From: Mesotaenium endlicherianum
Taxonomy: Eukaryota
Assembly (NCBI GenBank): GCA_009602735.1
Contig: WELA01002318.1
Coordinates: 443,291 to 475,927, forward strand
Reading direction: 5' to 3'
DNA length: 32,637 bases
Part shown: positions 29,373 to 32,637 of the stretch, one piece after another
How the letters are laid out: each line of letters begins with the position of its first letter
Position numbering within the stretch: position 1 is the first letter of the stretch
Position numbers and translations under genes: made by a program
Notes under the pieces: generated by a model
What the model was told of the DNA's origin: nothing
Database searches by the model: none
Seen by the model: only the letters and a program-made list of their open reading frames with translations

Positions 29373-31861
29373 ATGCGTTTTCATCTGTCCTGGATTTCCT
29401 TCATCTCGGCGGCTTTAATCCTTTTTGTAGATTCATCGGCCGAGAGTGATGGTGAGGCGACCCAGCTCCCAGAAGCTGTGTCAGACGACAACATCATTTC
29501 CTATTTCAACTTCAGAAAGGCAGAGTACGCGAAGACAGAGGATGGCCCCCATGTGGGCGAGTCTCCGTCGAATCGTATATCCTCTTTTTGCCAGAAGGCA
29601 CGTTACCCAGCAGACTGCGAGGCCACTCTTTATGGCAGTAGAAGAAAGCTACTGGCAAGACCTTCAGCTCGAGATATGACTCGGATCACGATCAACGCAG
29701 CAAGGGAGCGCGTTAGAAGGATAAGGAGTAGCGCCCACACCATGCACAGCCGACGAGCAGGGGAGAGGAAGTGGTTGGGCCTTGCTGCGCAGGATTGTGT
29801 GGATATGGTGAGTATGGCAACTCTCGTCCTTCATGCGCACACAGTTGGACCAGTCTCAGCTTCAGAAGGAACGCAGTTTGTACCCGAGGCTACTCGAGGC
29901 TGAGTTGACTGCTTACTCATTTGGGCTGCTGCTATCTCTGTGTCTGTGCTCACCACTTGGGGCCATACGTGTTCGTCCCAAGGTCCGGTATGCACAATTG
30001 CTCTACGCCTTCAGCAGGCGGGTGCAAGGGAAGGCGCGTTGCTGCAATGCTATGTCACTCATGCGCAGTTTGCTGCATTAGGTAGTTTCATGAGTTGCAA
30101 GTAGAGCCTAAGGCGAGCAAGGTGGCCGAGATAGCCAACTAATCTTGCCTTCAGTCTGATACTCCATGGCAAGAGCTTTTGCATGGCCATCTCTGCTCCT
30201 GGGGTGGGCGTCGTGGGAAGGGGGGAAGGGGGACAGGGAACCAATCAACAAAATAAAGCAAATTGAGACAAAACACCGCAGAACAGGCCAGAGCAAGAGA
30301 TTTGTGCTACTGATAGCCTGCAGGTGAGGGGGGGGGCAAGCATCTGGCCATCCGACGCGCTCACTTGCTTGCAGACTCACTCGCCTTGCTTCATTTGCCT
30401 GCAAGGGACAGCTGGCGCTTGCAGACGAGTCCCTGGGCGATGTGGAGGCGGCGCTTGCACGCGGCGCGGACACATCTGCCGCCGCCGCCGCCCGCTACGA
30501 CGACGACAGCGACGGCATCCCCCACTGGCTGGACGCTGCGCTCACGCTGACAGCCGAGTGCCAGGAGGGGCTGGACACGTACGCGCGTCGCAGCGCCGCC
30601 CTCGACGACGTCCTGCTCTTCAAGGCAAGCCCGGGGGCCCCTCTGCGTGAAGTCCTTGCCCCCTGCGGCTCCCCCGCTGGCCCCGCGGCTGGAGCCGGGG
30701 CTGCACTGCTCGAGTTGAGGGGGATCGAAGGCAAAGAGGAGAGCCTCAGGGTGTGACCTGGAAGTGTGAGAGAGAGGGAGGGAGGGAGGGAGGGAGGGAG
30801 AGGGAGTGCCTTTTGTACATTTGTCCTATGGGTGTACCTGTCCGCATGACTGCATGTGTGCATGCGTGCATGTGTTGTATATACCTGTATGTGCATCAGG
30901 GTGGCCCAAATATGGGGATAGGGGGGGGAGAGGGCCGTGCCCTCGAGAGACGAGTGCGAGGAATGTAAAGAAGAAGCTGAGGAGGGCGGAGACAAGAAAG
31001 GAGGAGAGGAGGGGCTTTATGGTGTGTCAGCCACACCAAGGGGTGCTAGGATATAACTTGTATATGCTAGCATATAGCTTGTATAGGCCCGTCTTTGAAT
31101 ATTTCCTCAAGCGACAGGGGACTGGCTCTGGGTCCCCAACTTCTTCCCACAAGTGGGAAGCACCAGGCCTCGAGCTCTGCTTCTCCGTGGCTTGCATGCC
31201 ATGCGTTGCTCCTGGCAGCGCTAAGGGGCCGGGGTTGAATGGGGGATGATGTAAAATTGGGGAGAGCGTTTGCGACCGGGGTGGCGCTTCATGCCCTGTG
31301 CTCTTCTTGTACCGTACAATGCTCGTGATCTTGCGTGTGCATGTGCTCGTGCATGCGGAGACGCCACCTAGACACATCTCGCGGATTCTGACAGTGGGAA
31401 TTGAGTGTGCTGCGGGTGGGCTCGGCTGCTTGCAGATCCAGCAGGCAGTTCTGCGCGTGAAGGAGGCGAGCGAGCATCTCAAGGACAGCGAGAAGGAGCT
31501 CAAGGTGATTGCGCGTGTTGTTAAAGAAGCATGCATGCGTGCGCGCGCGCGTCTGGATGTGTGTCTAAGTGAGTGTTCACGTGGGAGTCGGAGGGAGAGA
31601 TTGGCCGTGCAGACATTCAGTGAATTCGTCGCTGCTGCCGCTGCCGCTGCTGCTGCTGCTGCTGCCAGGAGGAGTGCTACGACGTATGCGTGCCGCTTAA
31701 GAAAGGACCCGTTTGTGAAGTTGTTCTTGTGCCTTGTTTATGAGCTTTTGGAGTCACTTCGTCGGTGCCGTGTTGCTTCTCTCGCTTCTCTCATGATGCA
31801 GGTTCTGGTGAGCCTGGCTTCGGAAGAGCTCGACACTGCCAACCTGGTGGCCCTGTCATAG
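29373..31861 (+). CDS. Secreted pectin methylesterase inhibitor / invertase inhibitor (PMEI) domain protein, about 258 aa, 4 exons
   Basis: Exons 29373-29807, 30412-30624 (GC donor AAG|GCAAGC), 31436-31504, 31802-31861. Hydrophobic N-terminal signal peptide; PMEI signature FCQKARYPADC, AAQDCVDM|L, HWLDAALT...ECQEG (four conserved Cys). Last two exons are less certain. Confidence 0.8.
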
Positions 31862-32637
31862 GTAGGAACACAAAACGCGTCCGTTGGCACTACTGCCGCC
31901 TCGTTTGTACTTGGGCGATGAGAAGACATGAAGGCCGTAGGCAAATGTTGACAGTTGTTTTAACACTTTACGAGTGGTTGTAGCACTTTGTCTATGCTTT
32001 TTCAGTGTCTAAGAGAAAAAAGGGAGCTAGAAGCCTAGAGACATGTGTTACTAGGTAATGGAAATGAGGATGATCTAGGCAAGTAAATTGTAATCAGGTG
32101 GCCTTACTGTAGATTGAGTCTGTTTTTCAAAGAGAGCTCATGTTGTATAGACTTGACAATTCTTCGATGAACTATTACAGCTTTTTAGAAAATTGCTGTT
32201 GGTGTTGGTTGCTGTTTTGTTGGAGAACATGGATGTCGCCTTGTGTGGTCCAAAATGATACAGTTGCTTGCAATGTAATTATGTGAGGTTTAGTTTGTAT
32301 TGCCCCAAATGCGTAAGATTATCATTCTCATAGTTGCAGCTTGTCATAACATGGGGAAAGNAAGGCGGGAGGGGGCAAAGGAGAAGGACGGCACAAGGAG
32401 CTTCTTTAGTAGCGCTGACGTGGCTGTGCCTGATTGGCTGGACGCCGGTCACTACCACGCTCTTAAGGCCCTGCAGCGCCACATGGCGCTTGGCGAGGCC
32501 TCAGGAGAGTCAGCCATGAGTCGTCGAAAGCTGGGGACCTTCTCCCCCCGTCCCCCTGCACCCCCTTCACCTCCCCCGCCTCGAGTGAAGGGCCATCACC
32601 AGAAGAGCAAGTCCCCTCCCCCTCCCCCTCGCCCTCC

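Noticed and set aside
32279..32637. Possible last exon of a neighbouring minus-strand gene (ALQGLKSVVVTGVQPIRH)
   Set aside because: No recognisable motif, it contains an N and lies at the window edge; cannot be supported

Overview
Eukaryotic, intron-rich, microsatellite-rich draft genomic DNA with several N gaps. It looks like a streptophyte, most plausibly a streptophyte green alga; this is inferred from the plant-type MKK3 and PMEI genes plus the GC-rich, SSR-laden introns. Four genes could be assembled by hand from splice sites and recalled family motifs. (1) Symplekin on the minus strand, from ATG 12655 running off the left edge, with a 2068-bp block of four exons present twice (probably an assembly artefact). 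(2) Divergently transcribed MKK3 (MAPKK plus C-terminal NTF2 domain), 13951-22881, with the activation-segment exon lost in a gap. (3) An intron-retaining pseudogene, 24342-27749 minus, with an unusual RING / TRAF-type zinc finger / coiled-coil / ZZ / ZZ architecture and about five disablements. (4) A secreted stand-alone PMEI/invertase-inhibitor-domain gene, 29373-31861. The most striking unexplained pattern is intron architecture: many introns have C-rich 5' ends, G- or GT-rich 3' ends with no polypyrimidine tract, weak or GC donors, and short reverse-complementary matches between the two ends, suggesting RNA-structure-guided splicing. Both divergent intergenic regions carry ~10-bp-period repeats, and one carries an array of a TTGAT...TTTTCGC motif. 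All family assignments come from recalled motifs, not database searches.
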